Shown one piece after another: positions 25,745-38,564 of a stretch of DNA of 64,000 bases. Source of the DNA: Camelus ferus (lineage: Eukaryota); the NCBI RefSeq assembly GCF_009834535.1, contig NC_045696.1, positions 59,212,001-59,276,000 on the forward strand, read 5' to 3'. Within the stretch, counting starts at the first letter, position 1. Each line of letters begins with the position of its first letter. The notes beneath the pieces were generated by a model, which had not been told where the DNA came from, searched no databases, and saw nothing but the letters and a program-made list of their open reading frames with translations. The position numbers were made by a program, and so were the translations under genes.

Positions 25745-27160
25745 ACCAACAGACAACAACAACAACAAAAATATAAACTGGACTATGTCCAAATTAAAAA
25801 CTTGTGTCATTAAAGGATACAATGGACAGAGTGAAAAGGCAGTCAGGGGTTGGACAAAATATTTGCAAGTCATATATCTGATAAGGGATTGATATCAAGA
25901 ATATATAAAGAACTATAATGTAACAACAACAAAATATAACTAGATTAAAAAATAGGCAAAGGACTTGAAATATTCCTCCAAAGAATATATACAAATGGTC
26001 AATAAGCATATGAAACGATGCTCAGCATCACTAATCATTAGGGAAATGCATATCAAAAATGCAATGAGAAAAAAATGCAATGAGATCATACTTATTAGAA
26101 TGGCTATTAACAAAAAAAAAAAAGGAAATTAACAAATGTTGGTGAGGATGTGGAGAAATTGGAACTATTGCTGATGAGAATGAAAAATAGGTGCAGCCTC
26201 TGTAGAAAACAAAATTAAACACAGAATTACCATATGATCCAGCAATCCCACTTCTGAGTAAATACCCCAAAAAATTGAAAGCAGGTACTCGAATACATAT
26301 TTGTACACACAAGGTTCATAGCAGCATTATTCAATGTAGTCAAAAGGTAGAAGCAATTCAAATGGACATCAGTGGGTGAATGGATAAACAAAATGTGGTA
26401 TATACGTAAAATGGAACATTATTCAGCCTTAAAAGGGAAAGAAATTCTGACACATGCTGCAACATGGATGAATCTTGAAGACATTATGTTAAGTGAAATA
26501 AGACAGACACAAAAGGACAAATGGTGTATGACGTCACTTATCTGAGGTGCCTGATGTAGTCAAATTGCATAGAGACAGAAAGCAGAATGGTGGTTGCCAG
26601 GGGCTGGGGGAAGGAGGAATGAGGAGTTGTTGTTTAATGGGTAGTTTCAGTTTGGGAAGATGAGAAAGTCCTAGAGATGGGTGGTGGTGATGGTTTCACC
26701 AACAAGGTGAACGTATTTGATGCCACTGAACGGTCCACTTAAAGATAGTTAAAATGGTATATGTGATGTTATGTATGTTTTACCACAATAAAAAGGCAAC
26801 AAATGGCATTCTTGCAGCAATTGAGGATATTTGATGTTATAGAATTACTAATTTTTTAGGTGTAATGATGGTATCATGGTTATAAAGGACAATGTCCTTA
26901 TTCTCAGGGGATGCATTCTGAAGTGTGTGGAGGATAAAAATGTCATGATATCTATGATTTATTTTCAAATGGTTCAAAATGATTAAAAAAAAAAACAAGA
27001 AAAACCCCAAACATACACATGCACACATACCGTATATATAGATGAAGCAAATGTGGCAAAATGTTAGCTGTTGATGAAATAGGAGAAGCATATACAGGTA
27101 TTCATTTTTTGTATTCTTATTATTTTTCCTGTGTGTTTGAAAACATTCAGAATAAACACG
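25745..27160 (+). mobile_element. LINE-1 3' fragments (ORF2 end and 3' UTR, L1M types)
   Basis: GAATTACCATATGATCCAGCAATCCCACTTCTG, GGATAAACAAAATGTGGTATAT, end ..TACCACAATAAAAA at about 26793; a second L1MC-like 3' end runs to about 27160. Confidence 0.85.
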
Positions 27161-27400
27161 GGGGCAGGAGGAAGAAGGTGACTGGAGACCTCGGAAATGC
27201 CCAAATCCTATTCTCAAACAAGGAACATGATCTTCTCTCTCTTCCCCATAAAGTTTCTAAGGACAGTATATGCACAGGGAACAATGACAAAGGAAAGTAG
27301 CTCTTCACTGAGCTTGTGTTTGAAAGCTACATGCCTCTCTCTCTATTAGGTGGCCTAGAGCACCTGGCAGAGGCCAGAGTCTTACCTGTGCCTCTTCTTC

Positions 27401-28036
27401 TGTTACCGAACGCTCACCCAAAGTAAAGCCAAACTACTGACACTGGGTTGTGGTGGTGGTGAGTGCAGCATTTATTGCAGGATTTAAGTGCAGCATTTAA
27501 GCCAGGAGTCCAGGTAGCTAGTGCTCAAAAGGCCCAGATTCCCCAGTGACTTTTAGGGAAAGGTTTTCAAAGACAGGGTGAGGGAGGGGGTTTGTGGGGT
27601 GTGTGATCAGCTCGTGGACATCCTTCTGACTGGTTAGTGGTAAGGTAATCAGGAGTTAACATTCTCAGCCTTCTGGTTCCAACAGGGTCTGGGATCTACA
27701 TCCTTGTGGGGATATAATTAACTTCTTCCACCTGGTAGGGGTTTCAGTATCTGCAAAACAGCTCAAAGGATATGGCTTAGAATACTTATCTATAGCCCTT
27801 GAGGAGGAAATAGAGTTCCTTGACTTTGCTTAGTAGCTAAACTATTATTTTGTCTTGCTTGACTCTTTTCCTTTCTTTGTGTATTTTCTCACTTCTTGGA
27901 CTGAATTTAATCTTTGGAACTTGGGGAAAGCCTAGGAGGCTAACATTTTTCAACACGCAAGAGACAGGCAGAGGACATGGGGTGGGTGAGGGGTCTATGG
28001 AACCAGGAAGCTTCCATAGGATCCTGCTCAGTTACA
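27401..28036 (-). mobile_element. ERV1-class solo LTR, 636 bp, with a 4-bp TSD (CTTC)
   Basis: TGTTA..TTACA termini, CTTC at 27397-27400 and 28037-28040, TTTATT near the left end. Confidence 0.85.
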
Positions 28037-28047
28037 CTTCCCCCAAG

Positions 28048-28279
28048 CACAAACTCAAGTTTGAAGACCTTTATGGGACAAGATCCCAAAGAGATGACTG
28101 CACCGCAGCAGGCATAGGAGACGAAAACTGTGAGCCAGACACCCTCTTCAGCAATGCGAAGGGAAGAGGAAGAAAGGAGAGTGGCAGAGAGAGTGCCGTC
28201 TTCCTTTACTAAGCCACGCCCACTCAGTGTGCCAAGATCTCTCCATCACATTGGCATGACATCTTCCTGAGGTACCGAG
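28048..28279 (+). pseudogene. Candidate exon D (232 nt) whose polypyrimidine tract is split by a solo LTR
   Basis: The reconstructed acceptor is CCTCTTCTTCCCCCAAG|, the donor GAG|GTGAGG. The phase-0 frame reads HKLKFEDLYG..VFLY*ATPTQCAKISPSHWHDIFLRYR with one internal stop. Confidence 0.4.
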
Positions 28280-28371
28280 GTGAGGGCATGGGGAGAAGTG
28301 AAGACAGCTTGAGTTCCTTCTCTTCCCAGGGGTAAAGGGTTGATGGATGGAGGCTCTTAGTCAATATATTT

Positions 28372-28700
28372 TTTGTTGTTGTTATTGAAGTATAGTCAGT
28401 TCACAGTGTGTCAATTTCTGGTGCACAGCATAATGTTTCAAGCATACATGTACATACATATATTCCTTTTCATATTCTTTTTTCATTATAGGTTACTACA
28501 AGATATTGAATATAGTTCCCTGTGCTAAACAGTAGAAACTTGTTGTTTATCTATTTTATATATAATAATTAGTATCTGCAAATCTTGAATTCCCAATTCA
28601 TCCCTTCCCACCCCCTTTCACCTATGGAAACTATAAGTTTGTTTTCTTTGTCTGTGAGTCTGTTTCTATTTTGTAAATATGTTCATTTGTGTCATTTTAA
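28372..28700 (-). mobile_element. Younger L1 3' end (artiodactyl type)
   Basis: TTATTGAAGTATAGTCAGTT..GATATTGAATATAGTTCCCTGTGCTA; related copies at about 45465-45570 and 46225-46400. Confidence 0.75.
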
Positions 28701-31700
28701 AATATTTTAGTCAATATCTGAAAGCCAGTCTTCCACCCCCATAAGTATCTCTAGCATCATGAATGGTGTGTAGGCCACTGTCTTTAGAGGAGTTGTGAAA
28801 AGGAGAAGTTCCAACTTGGAGAGGTCAGAATCGGGCAAAACAGTATTGTTGCTGCCTTCCCTGAAAGCTGTATCCAGCAACAAAGATGTCAAGCAGGAGA
28901 GGAGGCACTTTGAGTTAAAATGCTCAGGAACTTGGAGAGAAAATTAAAAGCACTAATAGTTACTTTTATTAAGGACCAAAGAATTACATGATGTCATGTT
29001 AGTAAAAGAGGTACAACTTATGTGGAGGAACCTCTACCCTGGCCCTTCCTAAAATGCTACCTTTTCTTCTCTTTAACTTATTTTTCCATAACCTGACAAA
29101 GGTTCAATTCATAGGTATAATTCAGGTTTTATAATTTGGAATACTGCGGAAAGAAAGTAACTGGGTTCTCTTTGGTATAAATTACTGACATTGTTACTCC
29201 CACTTTAGCCGCATTGATAAACGTTTTATAATATGGATAAACTCAGGGAAAGAGGAAGGGTAGCAGGTGAGATTTGGGGGAAAGGGAACAGAAAGTAATA
29301 ATCTCTTGAAACAGAGCAGGGAAATTCTGACTTTCAACTTGACTGGATGTTGAATGATGGTCTTAAGTTGAACCACCATAAGTTGAGTCAGCTACAACTT
29401 TTCTTGCAGCTTCTCCCATACTCTGGTCTCTTGCTGCCAACTTCCTGAAACACTCAAACATCCTTGGCTCACAGTGAAAACTTCTTCCCTTGCTACCTCA
29501 CTGTAAATTTTCTTAAATGTTTAGAAAAAAACCAATGCCTTTACTGAAGTGGTTGCTAGTTTCAGAGGCACATTTGCTTGCTTCGTCTGATCAAGTATTT
29601 GTCCACCCTGTGCTCCTATGACAACTATCACAGTGACCTAGCATCACGGGATGTGGCATGGTATGGGAGCGAGGCAGTCTTCAGTAGATATTTTAAGTAC
29701 AGACTGCCCCCTGGATTCCCAGGCACCACTTCTGGTGGAGTATGGCTTCCCCTCACCTTCAGCTGTTGAGAGTCACTACTTGTAATGAGAAGTATTACTG
29801 ATGTGGAGCCAGAAAAAAGGTTCTATATTCTCTGTCTCAGGGTGATGAGGAGGGGCGGTTCACCTGTGTCCTTGACTCGGTTATCTTCTTGGCCTGGGAC
29901 TGTGGACTCAAGGTCCCACTCAGCCCACCTGGCACCTCAAAAATACCTGTTGCTCAGCAAGTAAGGGTACACTTAACTTCCTTCCAATTTGGTTTTCCCA
30001 TCTGGAAATATGAAGCAAGTATGAGACCCAGTGAGGCAGACCCGTATCTCTCAGGTTTTATCATTTTCACTGTGCTCCAGACGTCTTCCGACTGCCAGTA
30101 CCTGCAAGTTGGTGCTTGAAGACTTTATCTGGAACCCTGGAAGGCCCAAGATGCATGGAAGCTCAGAAGTTCTGGAAAACTAACTGCCTTCCCCCATCCC
30201 CACACAGGAGGGGGGAACCAGTGAGTGATGGGAGATGATGTATAAATATCCCAGCAACCCCAGCCCTTGGGCAGGTTAATTCTGAAGTGTGTGTTTTACA
30301 CTGTTTCCCTGCAGGCTTAAGCTATAGTTGTCCACTGTGTGGTTGGCTTAATAATTCACCTTTTATTGGCTGTCTTCCCCTTCCTGACTCACTTCCTCCC
30401 TCTCTTGCTTGTATTTCCTTGGATTAACTCCCAAACAAACTACTTGCTCTCAAATCCTTGTTTCAAAGCCAGCTTCTGGAGGACCCCAAATGAAGATGAT
30501 TCTCTAGCATAAGTTAGCATCATGAAACACACATTTCTGAAGAGCCGCTGAAGGAGAGAGATGCCCCCTCCTCTTCCTATTCCTCTGTTATTATCTGAGG
30601 CAACGGGGCTGTACCCAGAGATCTGTGGGGTGTACTGCATGTGCCCTCCTCTGTGTAGAGCCTCGTCTTGTAATAACATGTTCACAGATGCTGGGGAGGC
30701 TCCTTGTTATAATGTAAATGTTCGATAAAGGAACACGTGTCACAGTGGAAAGAGAGTGGATCAAATGCTGTGCTGATGGTGAGTGAGAGGAGTGGTCTTT
30801 ATTGAGAGTGGCCCCTGGATTCCCCCTACACTGTGTTCCCTGGTGTTCTGAGAGGTGCTTAATAGATGGAAACACAAAAATAAAGTTCCTATGGTCAAAC
30901 GTTTGGGAATTGCTGAAACAAGCAGAGGCTATTTTATGGTAGGACTTCCCAGGACCTTTAACAAGACAAAGCACATTGTGATTCTCTGAGGGAGGGATCA
31001 CAGATTTGGTGTTTTCCAGATCTCTCTGGCCATGGACTTTTTGAGGAAACATCTATTAACACCCCATTGAAGACAGTCTGGGAAGTGATATTAGAGAGAC
31101 ATATATTTTCCCTCTCCCACGTCTTTCAATCATGAGTGTTTTGAAATGAGTTCTGGCCTCCATCTGAGTGACTGAAATGTCTTCTCCCTTTTTTCTCATC
31201 TGTGAAGCTAGGCTTTAGAGAGGGGCTGTAACTCATTATATTTAAAGTACCATAATCATTATGAGACCCAGCAATTGCCTGGACCTTTGCAGTCTCCAGA
31301 TTGCTTTTCCACACATTAATCCTCATAACAACCCCAAAGGTGGAGCTTTTACATTCTTATTTAACAGGTGAGGAAACTAAAGTTCAGACGTTTTCCCAGG
31401 ATCACTTGGTAGCACATCGTTTCAGGAAAACTGCTATTTGAAGCAAGCAACACAAGCGGTAGACTCATTTTCTCTACGTTGCCTGAATTTTGAGTAAAGA
31501 TTCAACTAATATAGCAGACTTTTCGGTTTGAAAAGCTCATTGGACCAGGCCAAGAGAGAGAAAGATGAAAACGCATCAACTCTCAGAGCATGACATATGG
31601 GATTCTTTCAGATGGTGTGTGGGCTGGGTTTGAATTTTTGTGCTATCATTTACCAACTGTGTGGCTTTGGGTGAATTACTTAAACAATCTGAACCTCAGT

Positions 31701-34700
31701 TTCCTCATCTATAAAGCGGAGAGAATAATATTTCTCATGGGGGCTACTGTGAAGATGAAATTAGATCATGTACTTAAAGCTCTTCACATGGGAGGTGCCT
31801 GGCATGTAGTAGGAATGATAGAGAAAAGTTAACTATTACTAGTAGCGCAGTACCCATAACTTCATTTTTTCTGACATGAATTAATATTTTAACAAAAACC
31901 AGACATTATTTCTGTTGCTGCTTTACTAGAAACAGTGCTATTTTCTAATGACTTCTGGCAGTAGGGTTTTTTCTCCTCTTAAATTGTTTGTTTTTGGTTT
32001 TATTTTGTATAAAAATAAGACTCAGTGAGATAGGTCTTTGCAATTTTTTTCTCTCCAACTAAATAGCCCGTCAACACTCCTAAACACTCCACCTCAGCCT
32101 CTGAAAAAAAGGAAAAAAGGACAAGTTGAGAACATTTGGAACCACAGCTCAGAAACCTGAGTGTTTCCCATTTCAGCTTTTCCTGAAATATTTTGATGAA
32201 AAGCCTGTGCTGTGGTTTTAAATGGCATTGGGATACCCATCTTCTGTTCCTCCCCCTAAGCTCCTGAACATGATTTATATTTCCCTATTTTAAGTTAGTG
32301 CAGATTTATGAGACTTTAAACACCATAGTTGAAGTTATTGGAGGTTTAAAGGGATTAAGCAAGTCCGGCAGTACCTGGAGGTGTATAGGTTGTTGAAAAG
32401 ATTTATCAGTATTTCCGTGTTAAAACTCACTTTTAAGGATTCTCATAGCCTGGGTCTGAATCTATTTATTTGGGCAGAGGAGTGAAATTTTGGGATTTCT
32501 CTCAGATGGGAAAAAGTCCATCCCTTTATTGCTTCTTGCTTTGTTTTGCGGGCTGTGCCTCTGCCGTTCACCTCCTCATCTCTCACGTCTAGCTTGCTCT
32601 TTCTTCTCTGGGGTTTCCCTTTCTTCTCTCTGGTCCTGTCTTCTCTCCAGCTGCTGAACTCTTGGTATTCCTCTGTGTTCGCGTATGCATAAGCTCAGCT
32701 CTAACACGTGAACCTAAGAGCAGCTGTGGGGAGCTGACACTCCAGGGTCGGGCTGCGAGGGTTGGGACTGCCTCGTGCCATGGGGGTGACAGATCCCTGT
32801 GTTTACAGCAGGGGGTGCAATGGCTCCGCGGCTGAGAGGGGCTGGCTGGAGGCTGGAGTTTCGAAATAAAATGTCCATTCAAGGCAAAGCATGTGAAATT
32901 CCCAGGCAGTTAGGTTTTAGAGAAGCCGTATTGAGTGACACTGAAAATAGGTTCAGGGGACAAAGTGGGCACACACTCTTTGTCATATTCTACCAGTGCT
33001 GGGAAGAGCCAGCGTTCTTCTCATTGCCAGTAATTATTCTCATCAGCCTCTGCTTCTTACCTCTCAGGTTTCTTCCAAGTCTTAGTTCTGCCTACCCTGT
33101 CAAATCAGTGTGGGTGCAGGGAACGTGAACTCATTTTAATATCAGTCTGAACCAGACATCACTGGAAAGGAAATCAGAGAAGCTCTTCCAAAGTCAAAGA
33201 AAAATAACTTTTGTTGAGTACATACTCTATGATTTCACTTACATGAAAGCCTAGAAAAGGCAAATCTAATCCATAGCGACAGAAGATTGGTGGTTGCCTG
33301 GGGCCAAAGTAAGGGAAGATTGACTGAGATGGGGCAGGCGAGGACTTTTGGGATGCTGGCGATGTGCTTTGTCTCAGTTAGGGTAATGGTATGTAAAATT
33401 GTAAAAACTCATTAAAATGTAGAATTTAAATGGGTGTAAATTATACCTTGATTTTTTAAAAATGTATCTGCTGTGCGTCCACACCCTTGTCACCTCTCTC
33501 AGCACAGATGATGGAAAGCTGAGTGTAAATCTTAAGAGTGCCCCCCCAGTCTTGGATGGTTGTTGAACCAGCCGAAGCTGTGTATCCATATAGGGCATGC
33601 GGATAATCTGAAGTAGTAGTTCAACACCTGATCAGTTATCACTGACTTTGGACTGCTCTCTGTGCCCTTACATTCCCTGAGTACAACCTGACTGACAGGG
33701 GCAGGAGGGAGCAGACAGCCAAGAAATGTGGTTGGGGAAGCCAGATTAAACAATTACCAGGGAGAGACAACCAAAGAGTGAATGACCACACGGATGATAA
33801 AGAATTGTTGACTCTGTAATGTGAGCCGTGCATTGTATAAAAGTGTAAAGGGATTCATGAGTTGGAGCAGATGCTCATTAGAAATCAAACTAACCACACC
33901 GAATGATCTTGGCATCTGGATAACAGGAGGTCTTCACCAACTCCATCTTTTTCACATCTCTAATGAAATTTTTGATATTGCTTAAGTCAGGCACAGTGCC
34001 CTATTCATTCTGGCTTCCAAATTTCCATTTTAAAGTTGGCCAGGCTCACCCAGAGGATGATGTAACTTGATCAAGGATGGAGTTAAGATTTAGGACATAA
34101 TATTTTTGTCCCTGCTGTGTGACCTTCTGAAAAATCACTGTTTATTTGTTCACATATTCACTTATTTAATACAGTTATTGAACACCTGCGACAAATAAGG
34201 CTGTTGAAAAGACCCTGGGGATACATGACTCAAGGCTTCGCTTGCCTCATTGGTAAATGCTATTCAGGGATCCCTGCTCCATCCTACCACAGTGCTGATG
34301 GATGGCACGGGGAGCAGTGTGTGTGGTCAGGCTTTGAGAGCCGCAATGCTGTGCCTCCCTGATAAAGCTGCCCAGGAGCTACAACAAAAATAGGACTCCC
34401 TAACTTCTCTGGTCTCTATCTTTCCAAAGGGTAATTCTCGGGCAGGTAGAGCATCTTTGCCATAAAAAGTTCCATGGAAATAAAATTAAGCATTTTAGCT
34501 TGTTTGTTGGAAAAAAAATGCTCTTAAAAACCCTGTAAGGTGGTTTTTAAGTTAATTCCTTATTGCTTCAAAGCACAAATTCACATATAGTTATAAATTA
34601 ACATTTGATCTAGTGCAGGCAGTAGACCAAGGCTTTTGTTCAGCCTTTCTCCCTGATTTGCAGTGTTCCCTGTCCTACTCACTCCATCCCTAAACAAAAT

Positions 34701-35171
34701 TGGGAGGTCAACAGACACAAAATTGCTTTTCTTCTTGAAGTCCTTCTCACACTCATCTTTAAGTGTACAAGATCTGTTCCCTTTCAGCGCATCAAACCAA
34801 CTCTCAGAAGAATCTGAGAGCATGGGATTCAAATTCTACTCTGTCCATTTATAATATGTGAACCCGGGGAAGTTCCCTAACCTTTCTGTGCCTTGGTTCC
34901 TTCATCTGGAAGTAGGAATAACAATATCTACTTCAAGTTGTTAGGAAATTTAAAAAAGATAATGGTATCTAGCCAATGGTAGAAAACCAACTGGTAGTTA
35001 TTAAAGTCTAGCAAAAGTGAAGTCTGGAGAGAAGAGAAGAAGTCCATCATAGAGCAAGAAGTATTTCGCTGATTCTTGAAATGGAGGAACCAGGACTTTC
35101 AGCTTTTGTTGAGTTGGTAGCTACCATGGGGGTTAGGACCTTCAGATTATTAAACTCAGAAGAGCATATTA

Positions 35172-35518
35172 CAATTGTCCCTTGGTATTTATAGGAGATT
35201 GGTTCCAGGACCCCTATGGACACCAAAATAAGGGAATGCTCAAGTCCCTTATATAAAATGGTGTAGTATTGACATTTAACCTATACACATCCCCCTGTAT
35301 ACTTTAAACCACTCTAAATTACTTATAATCCCTAATATAATGTAATTACAATGTAAATAGTTGTAAATACACTATAAATGTGATGTAAATACTTGCCAGC
35401 ATGTGGCACAATTAAGTTTTGCTTTTTAGAACTTTCTGGATTTTTTTTTCTAAGTATTTTCAATCCGTAGTCAGTTGAATTCACAGATGCAGAACCCACA
35501 GATAGAGAGGGCTGACTA
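35172..35518. mobile_element. MER2/Tigger-type TcMar MITE
   Basis: TA|CAATTGTCCCTTGGTAT..GATTGGTTCCAGGACCCC..GATAGAGAGGGCTGACTA|TA with TA target sites. Confidence 0.8.
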
Positions 35519-36404
35519 TAAAGAAATATTTCCCTGCAATTCTTACTTTGTTTAGAATATTCATTCACACCTTGTTATAGGGATGACCCTTACTGTCATT
35601 TATGCTCCTCTTTTCTCATGCAGCCTCTTTTTTTTTTACACTTTGAAAATTTTTTTTTAATAACAAACTTAATCCTTGAATTTCCTGAGGATACAGAGGG
35701 CCGACTGTATCTATCTGGGACATTCTGAGAGGGGAAATAAGTCATCATAAGCCCTTGACCTAAGAGTGAGTTTTTCTCATTAATCTAATATCCAGCTATA
35801 GGAAGAATGCATATGGAACAATGATGGAAAAAAAAGTCATGTCCCCACTAGCTGCGATGGCTACATCAGCAGATGCCGCAGTCAGATTACCTCCACACTC
35901 CCCCAGGAAACGTTGACATCTCCTGGCCCTTTCCAAAGAAGGCCCTGTTCCACCCAAGAGGTCAAAATCAGTGTCACAAACTGGGCTGAGAACCTGAAGA
36001 GAGTCTGCCTGCTGATCCAAGAACAACAGACGACTTTAATCACGGCTCAGGCTGTGATTAAAGTTGGTTGGAATTCACAGCCGGCAGAACAATGACCACA
36101 TTCATGAACTGAACTTCTGCTTACTCTCCTATTCCAAAGTTCTTCATCTTCCCTCTGCATGGACAGCCAGCTGTGCTGAGAGATTTGTGGTGTTAGCACC
36201 TGGAAGTGTTGGGTGGACTTGATTACTGTGTAATAAAATCTAACTTGAATGACTTGAAAATATAGTTAAAGGATGCAAACCTATTTGTAATTACTAGGAG
36301 CCCCCAAATAAAAACCCACTAGATTGTAGAGCTCCATGTGGGCAGTGACCATACTTGGTTTTTCTTTTTACTGCTTTATAACTAGTATCAAGCACAGAGC
36401 TTCT

Positions 36405-36516
36405 TGGGTAACCAACCATCTTCGCTTGCCTGGGACTCTCTGGCTTCAGCCCTAAAACATCCTGCATCTCAGGAAACCCCTCAGTCACAGGCAAACTGGG
36501 ATTATTGGTCACTCTA
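36405..36516. mobile_element. Short hAT-Blackjack MITE (MER81/MER94-like) inside an L2 3' end
   Basis: Imperfect TIRs GGGTAACCAA..TTGGTCACTCTA. Confidence 0.6.
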
Positions 36517-38564
36517 GGCTTGGCACATAGTAGGTGCTCAAAAAATTTTCTTAAATGAGCAGCAGAAGTGTAACTGGAATTATAATGCAGTAAGTTGGAT
36601 TAATTGCTGGGAATAGGAGTCTACCTTCAGCAGACACTGATTTGAGGTTGAGTTTGGTGAAACCACCATACTATTTTGATGGTATATAGGCCTGGTTTTG
36701 AGCTCTGAATACTGTCTCATTTCTTTTCCTTAGTTTGACTTAAGTTTATACATCCGGGTCATTCGTCAGCAATAGGCTGCACACTTTCAAATTGTCAAAA
36801 TATGGTCAAAACATGACTGGGATTTCTAAAGTCTATTTTCCATATTTGGTAACTTTCCTACCCTATATACATAGAGGACAGGTGTTTTAATGTGATCCAT
36901 TCTATGCAATTGGGAAGGGAGGAGCGATTCTCCAATCAAAGTAATTCAACCACCCTTTACTGAATGACTGCTCTGGGCACGGTGCAAGGTGCTGCAGGGC
37001 ATTCAAAATGAGTTGAAAGGATCCTTGCCCTTAGCAGCCCTCCATCTGGGAGAGCTCCATATGTAAATATTTATGACAAGAAGCAGGCTTGATAGATGCA
37101 TGCTACTTTAATGATTTTAATTGTGCCCTCTGTGACTATGGGAAAAGGAGATCAATCTTGAGACATTATGGAATGCCTTCTTAAGGAGGTGGGATTTAAG
37201 GTGGGCTTTGAAGAAAGTGCAGGACTTCAAAAACTGGCTAAGGAATGCGGAGAGTGACTCTCCAGGTAGAAGGAAGTGTATTAGTTGGGTTAGGCTACTC
37301 ATTACCTAAATCTGTCTATAGGGCCTTAACCGAATGGAGGCACGTTATTCTCATTCAGTGAGAAGTCCAAGGCTGATGCAGCAGTTCCAAGGTGCCACCA
37401 GGGTCCCAGGCTCTTTTTCTCCTTCCTCTTCCTACCCTTAGCTTTGCTGTCTCATGCTTCCAAGATGGCTGTTCTACCTCAAGCCTCCTGTCCATGGACC
37501 AGGCAAGAAAAAGAAGAAAGGAAGGAAGGAAGGGAAGGAGGGTTGAGAAAGGAGAGAAGCATGTGGGAGGGGAAGTCAGGGGCCTGTGTGAGGAGGGCAA
37601 ATACTTCCCCAAATCCCTAGCAGACTTTCTCTGAGTCATGTTTCATGACAAGCAACAGGTTACATGGTCACCCCTAGCTGCAAAGGAGTTGGGGAAGGTG
37701 AACATGCTAGCTGGACAGAGTGTCCTCCTGAATAATATTGCAGTTGTTTTAGTAAGGACAATGGATTTGGGGTAGTTAACCAGCAGTGTTTGTGCCTTTG
37801 AGCGGGAGTCTAGGAATGGGGACAGGGCAGGGATTGCTGGATAACTAAGGGGATGAAAAGTAGAATCTTGTGCCTGGAGTGGGGTGTGTGTGGGGTGGGG
37901 AGGGGCAGGACAAGATGTAGTGGGATGGCTTCATGGACTATGGGGAGGAATAATCTGAAGAAGATAAGATTGGAAAAATACAAGCCAAATGCAGGAGACG
38001 TGTGGCTCTCACAGGGCTCTTTAATTTCTTTGCAGAATCTCCCGAACAGCCTAGATGACTCTGTTTCATGTTTCATGGGGTAGAATTCACCCTTTACTCC
38101 CAGCCTTTTTCCTTCTCAGTCTCATGTTTCCAAGCACCTTGGATAGAAATATAAAAAATACCACTTTCAAACTTGTACCTTCATGTTAATATCAAAAGGA
38201 GATAATAGAAACATTTAAACCATTTCTTTCCCTAAACTCTCCTGTTATTCATATTTCAATTTCATGTTATTATTATTCATATATTATCTTGATCAATTCT
38301 CTTAATTCTGTTGGGCACCATACCATATCAAACTTTTCTCCCATGAAACAACTGATTTCAGTAATGTGCAAAATGCGATTTTAAAATACTAATCAGAAAA
38401 AAAAGTATGTAAAGAAATATAATGCTTATCAGAAATATAATACATATTTCCATATATAGATTTCTGATTAGTATTTAGCAATGCTAAAATTTTATCACAC
38501 ACACATATCCATATACATACACATATATATTTTCCATCTATAGGTGTCTTTTTGAGAGTTGGAT

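Noticed and set aside
30055..30115. Possible phase-1 exon (GFIIFTVLQTSSDCQYLQV) linking exon D onward
   Set aside because: The donor is weak and it overlaps the edge of an LTR-like region; insufficient support.
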